DNA of 57,549 nt, from NCBI GenBank assembly GCA_965369605.1, contig CBDURE010000003.1, positions 1 through 57,549 on the forward strand, in the 5' to 3' direction. Source of the DNA: an uncultured bacterium. GTDB taxonomy: Bacteria; JAJVIF01; JAGGVT01. Under the pieces are notes generated by a model. That model saw only the letters and a list, made by a program, of their open reading frames with translations. It ran no database searches and was not told the DNA's origin. Every line of letters starts with the position of its first letter. Within the stretch, counting starts at the first letter, position 1. A program made the translations under genes and the position numbers. Shown here piece by piece: positions 48,631-57,549 of the stretch.

Positions 48631-50979
48631 ATGCTTTTACGATTCATATCTCTGGCATTATTGGTTGCAGTAACCACATTCCCAACCCCTGCTTCAGGGG
48701 GAACCCCCGCTTCAGGAGGTTCATCCGATTCCGGTATTACAATCTCGTTGCCGGGATTAACCGACGCTGTCAGCATTTACAGGGATAGTTACGGAACGCC
48801 ATATATAATCGCAGCGAACGAGCATGACCTTTTTTACGCTCACGGTTACATGCAGGCGGCTGACAGGCTGTTCCAGCTGGATGGCATACGGCGTATTCCG
48901 CAGGGAACAACAGCGGAACTAATCGGTCGAGACCAGCTCAGCATGGATATGTGGTTTCGTAAAATCGGACTAGATAGAACAGCTCGAAAATCACTCGAAA
49001 TTCTTGATCCCAAAACCAGATTTATGCTTGAAACTTTCTCGGATGGCGTAAACGCATACATAGAAAATAATAAAAACTCACTTCCGTTGGAATTCATGCT
49101 GCTAGGATACAAGCCTGAACCGTGGACATCATACGACAGCCTTTCTGTAATGTACCTGATTTCATGGTGGCTTTCAGTCGGACTCTATCAGGAGATGTTC
49201 TACGATGACCTTGTCAACGTTTTTGACGAGGACATAGCATCCGCGCTTTATCCCGGGATACCATCGCGGGATGAAATTGGCAGGCTGGTCGAGGAGAAAC
49301 GAAAACCTGAAAAACCGCGTGAAGTATTCAAGCCGTACAAATGGCGTGTGCCGTACCCAAAGCGGGTACGAGGAACAAACTGCTGGATTCTATCCGGCTC
49401 AAAGACAAAAAACTCACGTCCAATTCTGGCGAATGACCCTCACCTTGAGTTGTTCTCACCTGCAATATGGTATGAAATAGGATTAAGCTGTCCCGAGTGG
49501 AATGTAACAGGAGTCGTGTTTCCCGGACTCCCGTTGCCACAGATAGGAACAAACGGGAATATAGCGTGGGGAGCGGCGAGTTTCCCATCGGATGTTCAAG
49601 ATTTATATTGCGAAAAAGTGAATCCTGACAACAAGCATCAATATGAATACAACGGCGAGTGGCGCGATTATAAAATCACAAAGTCAAAAGTTAAGGTAAA
49701 AGGCGGAAAGGAAATATCGTTTAATATTCTTGAGAGTGTAAACGGACCGGTTGTGCAGGGCAGCACAAAATACAATCTCGCGCTGGCATGGACAGGATAC
49801 GAACCAGCGGATGACCTTCACTCGTTTTACAAGATGGTAAAATCCGAAAACGTGGAACAATTTAAAGAGGCATCACGATCTTTCAGGGCGATACCCCAGC
49901 ATTTCTTCGCGTTTGACCTGAAGGATAACATAATGCATGTACAGCCCGGACGTCAGGTAATACGCGATGGTTTCAACGGTGACATTCCTCAGGATGGCGG
50001 TAGTCCTGAAAGTAAATGGAGCGGATTTATTCAATTTGATGACATGCCTTATGAGAAGAATCCCAAAAGGGGATTCATGAACAACTCAAATAATTTCCCG
50101 CTCATTGACGCTGGAATCGACCTGGGTACAACCTTTCCTTTGCCAATGCGTTTTGAACGTGTGCAGGAACTTCTGGAATCGCGAAATGATTTCACTCCTG
50201 ATGACATGGCTAAAATGCAGACAGACACGCTTAATCCGATGGCGCGTAAAATCCTCCCATTGATGCTTTCCAAAATAGAAGGTCTTGACCTTGGCGATTT
50301 TGAATCTGACGCCAACCTTTTAAGAGAGTGGGATTATGATGAATCGAGCGATTCAATCGCAGCTACGATTTACAACCAGTGGTGGACTGAACTGCCGAAA
50401 CATATTTTTAACCACAAAATGGGGCTGTATGCCTTAAGCTATCGCGATTACATGAATCAATACTCGCTGGCTTTGATAGATATATTTGAAAATGGGGAAT
50501 CATCGGTTCTGTGGGAATGGCTTGAAATCGGCAATGAGGATAACCTTTGTGTTCTGTGCAAACTGGCTTTTGAACTCGCAATCAAGCAACTAACCAAAGA
50601 TCATGAATATGACAGGGCAAACTGGCAATGGGGAAAAGTGCATAAGACACATTTCGCTCATCCATCGAAAGTGGAATTCCTCGTGGATGGCGGCAGCTAC
50701 GGAGTAGGGGGCAGCCATTACACAATTAACGTAACGCACTATTTCCCATCGATGGGATATGAGGCTACATTCGGCGCAAGTTACAGGTTTGTGGCATCGG
50801 TTGATGAGAATAATCGAATAGTGGCAAAGAGCGTACTGCCTCCCGGAAACTGGGCAGCGCCTTTATCTCCGCATTTTAAGGATCAAATCCAGATGTGGGT
50901 AAAAGGTGAGATGAAAGACCTTTGTGTCTATCCTGATGAGATGAGCAAGCTGCCACTAGCGATTGTTCTAAAACCGTGA
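48631..50979 (+). CDS. Penicillin acylase family (peptidase S45) Ntn-hydrolase
   Basis: IYRDSYGTPYI, GYMQAADRLFQ, GTNCW...PILANDPHL...WYE, DVQDLY, WQWGKVH, SPHFKDQ. Confidence 0.92.
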   Translation: MLLRFISLALLVAVTTFPTPASGGTPASGGSSDSGITISLPGLTDAVSIYRDSYGTPYIIAANEHDLFYAHGYMQAADRLFQLDGIRRIPQGTTAELIGRDQLSMDMWFRKIGLDRTARKSLEILDPKTRFMLETFSDGVNAYIENNKNSLPLEFMLLGYKPEPWTSYDSLSVMYLISWWLSVGLYQEMFYDDLVNVFDEDIASALYPGIPSRDEIGRLVEEKRKPEKPREVFKPYKWRVPYPKRVRGTNCWILSGSKTKNSRPILANDPHLELFSPAIWYEIGLSCPEWNVTGVVFPGLPLPQIGTNGNIAWGAASFPSDVQDLYCEKVNPDNKHQYEYNGEWRDYKITKSKVKVKGGKEISFNILESVNGPVVQGSTKYNLALAWTGYEPADDLHSFYKMVKSENVEQFKEASRSFRAIPQHFFAFDLKDNIMHVQPGRQVIRDGFNGDIPQDGGSPESKWSGFIQFDDMPYEKNPKRGFMNNSNNFPLIDAGIDLGTTFPLPMRFERVQELLESRNDFTPDDMAKMQTDTLNPMARKILPLMLSKIEGLDLGDFESDANLLREWDYDESSDSIAATIYNQWWTELPKHIFNHKMGLYALSYRDYMNQYSLALIDIFENGESSVLWEWLEIGNEDNLCVLCKLAFELAIKQLTKDHEYDRANWQWGKVHKTHFAHPSKVEFLVDGGSYGVGGSHYTINVTHYFPSMGYEATFGASYRFVASVDENNRIVAKSVLPPGNWAAPLSPHFKDQIQMWVKGEMKDLCVYPDEMSKLPLAIVLKP

Positions 50980-51045
50980 TTATTAAGACCATTGAAAAAA
51001 AGAATCTATGGGATTACGAAATAGAATTCCGTCATTCCCGCGAAA

Positions 51046-51277
51046 GGGCTTGTTGAAAAAGGTTGATGCAAATAAAATGCCCCCACCCCAGCCCTCCCCG
51101 CGAGCGGGGAGGGAGAATGTTATGTTTCCCTTCGCAAGTGTAGGGAGAATGTTGTCTTTTCCCTTCGCAAGTGTATAGACCGGGTATATCGTTTGAAAAT
51201 GCAAAAATATTTCCCCCCGCTCGCGGGGGGATTAAGGGGGGGGATAAGATATAACAACAACCTTTCCCGACAAGCCC
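51046..51277. mobile_element. MITE-like element, copy C (232 bp; related ends, unrelated interior)
   Basis: GGGCTTGTTGAAAAAGGTTG ... CAACCTTTCCCGACAAGCCC, GAAA on both sides, splitting the hairpin CCGTCATTCCCGC-GAAA-GCGGGAATGACGG. Confidence 0.8.
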
Positions 51278-51472
51278 GAAAGCGGGAATGACGGTAATTT
51301 GACCAATGAGATGTTCAAACAGAATTCTTAATTATTTATGCTTGACTTGAAAGAGAGAATCCAAAAGAAATCTAAAGGCTAATCCTATATCAGCTAAAGA
51401 ACTATGCAAATGTGAAATTATAGCGTAAAATTAATCTTTGATGCATTGTATAAACAAAAGCGGGACAAATAA

Positions 51473-53338
51473 ATGAAATTCAAAATACAAACATACATCC
51501 TCATTACAATGGTAATCGGTCTTTCGTTGTTGTGTTCATCGGGGAATGTAAACGCGCCAAAGTATGATGTCGCGCAGCTTGACATAGCAACTGCGCGAGA
51601 ACGCATGATTCAGGCTGACCAGAAAATCGTACTTCTTGGAATAGACGGCTTGACATGGCACAAGCTGGATGCCTACCGAGAACGCGGAATGCTGCCGAAT
51701 TTCGACAAAATTATAAAAAAAGGCGCATCAGGCAAACTCGAATCTATCAATCCGATGTTCTCGATATCCTTATGGACCACAGTCGCAACAGGTGTCGATT
51801 TCGATACGCATGGCGTACAGTATTTCTACAAAATTGGAAAAAACGGCGCTATGCTGCCATACACAAGCATCGACAGGAAAGTGAAGGCGTTGTGGAATAT
51901 TATGGATGATTTGGATGAGCCGTCCGGATGGGTCTCCTGGTGGGGGAGCTGGCCAGCTGAACCGGTAAAGGGATTCAACATTTCGAACTACTTCATCGCG
52001 GATTTCGGTTTCAGGGATGTCGAGGAATTAAGCCTTTTCTATCCAGCGGATATTTCAGAGGATCTTCGCGGCTTGAAAGAGAAATACACAGCCGAGTGGG
52101 GTGAAACCAAAGCGGACAGGGTCATTGGAGATTTAAGCAGGATTAACAAGGGTAATCTTGGAAAAGATTACTGGGGCGATTTCAAGTATGGAAGTTTAAA
52201 CTGGGTTTATGAAAACAAGCAAAACGATTTTCTATATAACTTTCTGAGAAACGCTTACCGAAACGATGCTCTTGCTGTGAACTCAGGCCTTCAAATGATG
52301 AATAAATTCGACACTCGCCTGACAGGAATATACTGCAACGGAATTGACGGTGTCAGCCATAAATTCTGGAAGTATGACAACATCGATATCGCCGCTCCCA
52401 AAGAGGCAACGGTAACTCCTGAGGAGAATTTAATGTTCGGTAAAGTGCTTAGCGAGTATTATTCATATCACGATGAACTCCTCGGACAGGTTCTTGATGA
52501 GTTAGATGACAAAACAACTTTGGTAATCGTTTCAGACCACGGGTTCCAGTATGTGCCTAAATCAAATTACATATCTCTCAACCCGCTTCTTCATAATCTT
52601 GGATTCCTATCATTCAAAGACGACGACAAAATCGATCTGGCAACAAGCCTTGTTCATGAAATCACGGTAAAGCCCTGGGATAAAAAGCGGTTTATCAGAA
52701 TCAACAAGCGATCGAACGATTTCAAGGATTTGGATGGCACTCCGCTTGGCGCGGTAAAAGCAGGCAAGGAGGAGGGAGAGGTTCGACAGAACCTGATTGA
52801 CGCTCTGAAGAATCTAAAGCTAAAAGATTCCGGCATGCCGCTTTTCAAAGAGGTTCGCAAACCAACAGCAAAAGAGATAAACGAAAATGATGGACAGGGA
52901 GATATTATCGCGTTATTGAATCGAGCTTTGTTTGAATCAAATTTCAAGGATGAGATAGTCCTTCCCGATGGCTCATCTATATCTCTCGACATGATTGCAA
53001 TTAGAAACTACCACTCAGGCAACCACGACCAGTTCGACAGCGTTATAATCATGGTTGGCCCACTTGCGAAAGAGGGTTACGAAATCAAAAACGCGAGAAT
53101 GTATGACATCGCGCCGACAATTCTGGCAATGCTCGGACTCCCGGTAGCAGATTACATGCTCGACAACGGCAAAGTACTGACAGACCCGTTGAAAAACGAA
53201 TTCATGGAGACCTTTCCAGTGCAGGTAGTTGAAACATACGGTGAATTCACAAACGCATTTTTTGGACTGGATGTATCAACATCATCCGCAGATGAGGAAA
53301 TCCGCCGCACTTTGCAGGGTTTGGGTTATATGCAGTAA
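51473..53338 (+). CDS. Alkaline phosphatase superfamily / type I phosphodiesterase-nucleotide pyrophosphatase
   Basis: LLGIDG, P..S...WTTVATG, DGVSHKFW, VSDHGF, SGNH, DIAPTILAMLG, C-terminal LQGLGYM. Confidence 0.88.
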   Translation: MKFKIQTYILITMVIGLSLLCSSGNVNAPKYDVAQLDIATARERMIQADQKIVLLGIDGLTWHKLDAYRERGMLPNFDKIIKKGASGKLESINPMFSISLWTTVATGVDFDTHGVQYFYKIGKNGAMLPYTSIDRKVKALWNIMDDLDEPSGWVSWWGSWPAEPVKGFNISNYFIADFGFRDVEELSLFYPADISEDLRGLKEKYTAEWGETKADRVIGDLSRINKGNLGKDYWGDFKYGSLNWVYENKQNDFLYNFLRNAYRNDALAVNSGLQMMNKFDTRLTGIYCNGIDGVSHKFWKYDNIDIAAPKEATVTPEENLMFGKVLSEYYSYHDELLGQVLDELDDKTTLVIVSDHGFQYVPKSNYISLNPLLHNLGFLSFKDDDKIDLATSLVHEITVKPWDKKRFIRINKRSNDFKDLDGTPLGAVKAGKEEGEVRQNLIDALKNLKLKDSGMPLFKEVRKPTAKEINENDGQGDIIALLNRALFESNFKDEIVLPDGSSISLDMIAIRNYHSGNHDQFDSVIIMVGPLAKEGYEIKNARMYDIAPTILAMLGLPVADYMLDNGKVLTDPLKNEFMETFPVQVVETYGEFTNAFFGLDVSTSSADEEIRRTLQGLGYMQ

Positions 53339-53352
53339 ACGAAAAGAAGGAA

Positions 53353-53396
53353 AGTTAGCAGGTTAGCAAGTTAGTAAGTTAGTAAGTTAGCAGGTT
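53353..53396 (+). repeat. 8-bp tandem repeat (RGTTAGYA) x5.5
   Basis: AGTTAGCA GGTTAGCA AGTTAGTA AGTTAGTA AGTTAGCA GGTT. Confidence 0.85.
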
Positions 53397-53474
53397 GTAG
53401 TGAACCCCCGTTCTACTGATGAACCATTATGTGTAATTGCACTGCTTGGACGTTGTCTTAGAACCCCATTATAT

Positions 53475-53671
53475 GTAAGAACGTTTGCCATTCGTAAGAA
53501 AGTTTGTCATTCGTAAGAAAGTTTGTCATTCGTAAGAACGTTTGCCATTTGTAAGAAAGTTTGTCATTCTGAGCGAAGCGAAGAATCTATAAGTTGCTGT
53601 GTTGATGATTAAACCCGACATAATTAATCCACGCTGTCCAGAAGAGATTCTTCGCTTCGCTCAGAATGACA
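53475..53671. repeat. 5 x 19-bp tandem array running into an inverted REP-like pair
   Basis: GTAAGAAMGTTTGYCATTY x5 (53475-53569); TGTCATTCTGAGCGAAGCGAAGAATCT (53562-53588) and its perfect inverse at 53645-53671. Confidence 0.92.
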
Positions 53672-53831
53672 GAAAAAAACGAGTTCTGAGACAGCTTCAT
53701 TACCGCACCACGGAGTGTTGCATTAAACAAACTTAATGATATTATTACAAATAGCTAACTTATTTATGAACATTGCGCTACAATCTGTTGTTATAAGAGT
53801 AGTGGATTTAATCTGTTTTATAGAGCATAAA

Positions 53832-55310
53832 ATGAACATTCTTCTAATATACCCTAAATTCCCCGACACATTCTGGAGCTTTAAGCACGCACTAAAATTC
53901 ATCCACAAGCGAGCGACACTGCCCCCCCTTGGTCTGATTACCGTCGCCGCAATGCTTCCCGAAAAGTGGAATAAAAAACTGGTTGATCTAAATATAGAAA
54001 AATTGACTGATAAGGAACTTGAATGGGCTGACTGTGTTTTCATCAGCGGAATGATTGTCCAGAAGGAATCCGCGTTGATAATTATTGAAACCTGCAAGGA
54101 GCGAGATATTACTGTTGTTGCTGGTGGCTCTCTTTTCACAATCGAACCTGATTGTTTCGATATGGTCGATCACCTGATACTAAACGAAGCGGAAATAACA
54201 CTGCCAAAATTCCTTGAGGATTTCAAAAACGGAAAGGCAAAACGAATATACACCAGCACTGAATTTCCCGACATTAAAAATACGCCTGCTCCAATGTGGG
54301 AACTTCTGAATCTAAAACGATACGCATCCATGAGCATCCAGTACTCACGCGGATGCCCGTTCCATTGTGACTTCTGCAACGTTACATCGCTGTTCGGGCA
54401 TAAAGTGCGGATTAAAACCGCTGAGCAAATAATCAACGAACTTGACTCTCTTCACAAACTTGGCTGGCGTGATGGCGTTTTCTTTGTGGATGACAATTTA
54501 ATCGGAAACCGTAAACGCCTGAAAGAGGAACTTCTGCCAGCTTTGATAGAGTGGCAGAAAAACAAAAAGGGAATTCCTTTTAACACTGAAGTTTCAATTA
54601 ATCTGGCTGACGATGAAGAGATGATGCAGTTAATGGTCGATGCAGGTTTCGACACCGTGTTTGTCGGAGTCGAAACTCCTGATGAGGAAAGTTTGATTGA
54701 GTGCAGCAAGAAGCAGAACAAGAATCGCGACATGGTTCAGGATATCAAGCGAATGCAGCGTTTTGGACTTCAGGTGCAGGGCGGATTCATTGTAGGATTC
54801 GACAATGAAAACGAATCTATTTTCCAGCGCCAGATCGATTTTATCCAGAAAAGCGGCATTGTAACAGCGATGGTCGGACTCCTTCAGGCTCCTCCCGGCA
54901 CGAAGCTGTATGAAAGATTGAAAAGGGAGGATCGTATAATAGGTAAAATGACCGGTGATAATGTCGATGGCACCACAAATATAATCCCAACCATGAATAT
55001 TGAAACACTCCGAGAGGGATATAAAAATATACTCAGAGGCATCTATGCGCCAAAGCCATACTACAAAAGGGTTAAAACGTTTCTTCGTGAATACAAAGCT
55101 CCGAAAATAAAAACTAGAATCAGCGCTAACGGCATAATGGCAATGCTCAAATCAATCGTCCTGTTGGGAGTAATCGGCAGGGAGCGAAAACACTTTTGGA
55201 AACTTGTTTTCTGGACATTGGCAAAACGTCCACAACTGTTTCCACTCGCGGTGACGCTATCAATCTATGGCCACCACTTCAGAAAAATCTGCGACTTGCA
55301 TGTAGTTTAA
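53832..55310 (+). CDS. B12-binding domain radical SAM protein (DUF4070-type)
   Basis: YPKFPDTFWSF, PPLGLITVAA, SRGCPFHCDFC, FFVDDN, GFIVGFD. Confidence 0.92.
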   Translation: MNILLIYPKFPDTFWSFKHALKFIHKRATLPPLGLITVAAMLPEKWNKKLVDLNIEKLTDKELEWADCVFISGMIVQKESALIIIETCKERDITVVAGGSLFTIEPDCFDMVDHLILNEAEITLPKFLEDFKNGKAKRIYTSTEFPDIKNTPAPMWELLNLKRYASMSIQYSRGCPFHCDFCNVTSLFGHKVRIKTAEQIINELDSLHKLGWRDGVFFVDDNLIGNRKRLKEELLPALIEWQKNKKGIPFNTEVSINLADDEEMMQLMVDAGFDTVFVGVETPDEESLIECSKKQNKNRDMVQDIKRMQRFGLQVQGGFIVGFDNENESIFQRQIDFIQKSGIVTAMVGLLQAPPGTKLYERLKREDRIIGKMTGDNVDGTTNIIPTMNIETLREGYKNILRGIYAPKPYYKRVKTFLREYKAPKIKTRISANGIMAMLKSIVLLGVIGRERKHFWKLVFWTLAKRPQLFPLAVTLSIYGHHFRKICDLHVV

Positions 55311-55343
55311 TTTTAAAAATAAACCTGGGAGCGCCGGTTTATA

Positions 55344-55456
55344 GGGCTTGTTGAAAAACCTCACTTTGCCGTAACCCTACATGCACTTATTAGAAAATGT
55401 GAATCCAGCCAAATAACCATCGTGGGCATGCCGGGGCTTCCGCATATTCAGCCACT
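55344..55456. mobile_element. MITE-like element, copy D (one half only), between 37-bp direct repeats
   Basis: Starts GGGCTTGTTGAAAAA and matches the reverse complement of the right half of copy A; TTAATTTTAAAAATAAACCTGGGAGCGCCGGTTTATA at 55307-55343 and 55456-55492. Confidence 0.8.
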
Positions 55457-55473
55457 TAATTTTAAAAATAAAC

Positions 55474-55569
55474 CTGGGAGCGCCGGTTTATAACCGGCGC
55501 ATTAGCGTGATTGCGCTAAAATGAAGAGGGTGAACAACTTAACGCGCCGGTTGTAAACCAGCGCTCCCA
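55474..55569. repeat. Inverted pair of GGGAGCGCCGG-type REP-like palindromes
   Basis: CTGGGAGCGCCGGTTTATAACCGGCGC ... GCGCCGGTTGTAAACCAGCGCTCCCA. Confidence 0.75.
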
Positions 55570-55697
55570 TGCAGATTGTTCCATATATCCATAAATTACA
55601 TTTCCGTTATTCATACTCCGATTGTTATAATAGTTTCTTTTAAAAAGGACTTGATTTCGGATTGATTTCCGCTATCAAACTAAACAACGTGGAGTAG

Positions 55698-57446
55698 ATG
55701 ATGAAACTGAGCCATTTCCTGATGCCAACCTTGAAAGAGGTGCCCTCCGAGGCTGATACTCGAGCGCACAGCTTGATGCTTCGAGCCGGATTGATTAGAC
55801 GTCTAACCGCCGGAGTGCATTCCTTCCTCCCGCTTGGATGGCGTGTGATGAAGAAAATCGATCAGATAATACGCGAGGAGCAAAATCGTTTCGAATGCCA
55901 GGAAATAAACATGCCGGTTTTAAGTCCGCGTGAATTATGGGAGGAATGTAATCGATGGACTGATTTCGGCGATGTCCTTTTTCGCCTTAAAGACCGCAGG
56001 GGACGTGACCTTTGCCTTGGACCTACGCATGAAGAGGTAATCACAGACCTTGCGCGTTCTTTCATTTCAAGTTATCGGGAATTGCCTCAAACATGGTATC
56101 AGATTCAAACCAAATTCCGCGATGAGGCCCGCCCGCGCGCCGGTGTGATTCGCGGACGTCAGTTCACCATGATGGATGCCTATTCATTCGATTTCTCACA
56201 GGAAGGCCTGGATAAATCGTATGACAACCAGCGAATTATCTACGAAAGAATCTATCACCGTTGTGGGCTGGAATATTCGATTGTTGGTGCATCATCCGGA
56301 TTAATGGGCGGAACGGGAAGCCAGGAATTCATGCAGCTGACTCCCGATGGCGAGGACACAGTCATTACCTGCAAAAAATGCGGATACGCTGCCAACAGCG
56401 AAGTCGCGAAAAGCAGGTTGAATCAGGTAAGTGAGGTTGTGGATAATCCTCCGGAGCCTGAGGACGTTCACACGCCTGATAAAAAAACAATCGATGCTGT
56501 TTCTGAATTCATCGGTGTTAACCAAAAGGATCTGATGAAATCAGTTCTTGTGATTGCGAATGACAAACCTGTACTCGCGTTGATTCGTGGCGATCTTGAA
56601 GTCAATGAAAATAAACTGATGATAGCAATCGGTTGTGAATACAGAGCGATGGAACCTCACGAAATAGTTGAAATGGCAGGCGCTGATGCGGGATTCATCG
56701 GTCCAATCGGATGGAAAACAAAACCCTGGATTATTGTTGATGAATCGATTGTGGAAGGCGCATCTTATGTTTCCGGCGCGAATAAAAACGATTATCACAT
56801 TAAGAACATTGTGCCTGGCCGCGATTTCTCCATGAAGACAGTGAAAGATATTCGTGTAGTTAACGATGGCGAGGGGTGTCCGAACTGCGACTCAAATATA
56901 AAAATCAGTCGCGCGGTGGAACTTGGGCACATATTCAAACTGGGAACGAAATACTCAAAGGCGATGAATGCAAAATATACTGACTCTAATGGCGTCGATA
57001 ATCCCCTGATAATGGGCTGTTACGGAATCGGGCTTGAACGAATCATGTCAGGAACTGTGGATACTCACGCGGATGATTTTGGAATAATCTGGCCTGCTAC
57101 AATCGCGCCGTTTGACTTTATAATCATCTCACTTATGCAGGCTGAATCATCAATCATGGAAACCGCGAAGGATATCTATGAAAAACTGCAGGAACTTGGC
57201 AAGGATGTTTTGTGGGATAATCGCGAATATAATCCCGGTGTCAAATTCAAGGATGCTGATTTAATCGGCATTCCAATTCATCTTATAATAGGAAAGAGTT
57301 TTTTGAAGGATGGATTGGTTGAGATTAAAATTCGTAAAACCGGCGAGAGAAGGAAAATCAAGCCTGAGGTCGCGATAGAGGAAATGATTAAGATTCATCA
57401 CGAGCTGATTAACGAGTTGAATGATAGTGCGGAACAGGTGAAATAA
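55698..57446 (+). CDS. proS: Proline--tRNA ligase (with editing domain)
   Basis: LGPTHEE, YQIQTKFRDEARPRAG, MMDAYSF, GHIFKLGTKYS, MGCYGIG, GVKFKDADLIG. Confidence 0.97.
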   Translation: MMKLSHFLMPTLKEVPSEADTRAHSLMLRAGLIRRLTAGVHSFLPLGWRVMKKIDQIIREEQNRFECQEINMPVLSPRELWEECNRWTDFGDVLFRLKDRRGRDLCLGPTHEEVITDLARSFISSYRELPQTWYQIQTKFRDEARPRAGVIRGRQFTMMDAYSFDFSQEGLDKSYDNQRIIYERIYHRCGLEYSIVGASSGLMGGTGSQEFMQLTPDGEDTVITCKKCGYAANSEVAKSRLNQVSEVVDNPPEPEDVHTPDKKTIDAVSEFIGVNQKDLMKSVLVIANDKPVLALIRGDLEVNENKLMIAIGCEYRAMEPHEIVEMAGADAGFIGPIGWKTKPWIIVDESIVEGASYVSGANKNDYHIKNIVPGRDFSMKTVKDIRVVNDGEGCPNCDSNIKISRAVELGHIFKLGTKYSKAMNAKYTDSNGVDNPLIMGCYGIGLERIMSGTVDTHADDFGIIWPATIAPFDFIIISLMQAESSIMETAKDIYEKLQELGKDVLWDNREYNPGVKFKDADLIGIPIHLIIGKSFLKDGLVEIKIRKTGERRKIKPEVAIEEMIKIHHELINELNDSAEQVK

Positions 57447-57497
57447 ACACTCACGGATTGTTGTGTCGGATTTATTAATGTAGGGGTGGGTTTTAAA

Positions 57498-57549
57498 TGT
57501 ACGGTTTCAGGACATACGCTACACCGTGTGTCAGGACATACGCTACACT
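57498..57549. mobile_element. Probable IS terminus (IS481-like) at the window edge
   Basis: Begins TGT; TCAGGACATACGCTACAC repeated at 57507 and 57531 (24-bp spacing), resembling repeated transposase-binding sites; no transposase visible. Confidence 0.5.

Noticed and set aside
48685-48720. 18-bp tandem repeat encoding TPASGG twice
   Set aside because: In-frame linker duplication after the signal peptide; probably trivial.

Overview
Bacterial chromosomal window, probably from an anaerobe of a poorly described lineage (inferred from hcp/hcpR and many unusual lipoproteins). It opens with the 3' end of an rRNA operon (23S tail, 5S). Next come a degenerate second 5S 3' half, three toxin-less antitoxin-like genes, and three paralogous large lipoproteins that share an N-terminal domain but differ at the C-terminus; one carries an in-frame TGA. 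A housekeeping block follows (plsX-fabH-fabD-fabG-fabF without acpP, acyl-CoA dehydrogenase, polyprenyl synthase, gmk, rpoZ, coaBC, tandem PPIase). After it lie an ATPase + TOPRIM-like pair, a neuB-like gene, an S8 peptidase, tRNA-Arg(TCG), a WD40 protein, hcp/hcpR, a pilin-like gene, a CheC-like/pseudo-receiver protein, acpS, Wzz/GT4, SurA-like proteins, tpl, tldD/pmbA, a penicillin acylase with Thr at the nucleophile position, a phosphodiesterase, a B12 radical SAM protein and proS. The most striking unexplained signal is intergenic. A non-coding element with GGGCTTGTTGAAAAA terminal inverted repeats (4 copies, two unrelated cargoes) sits in the loops of REP-like hairpins, and short tandem arrays extend from the ends of those hairpins. 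All calls come from reading the sequence and recalling motifs; no database searches were run.
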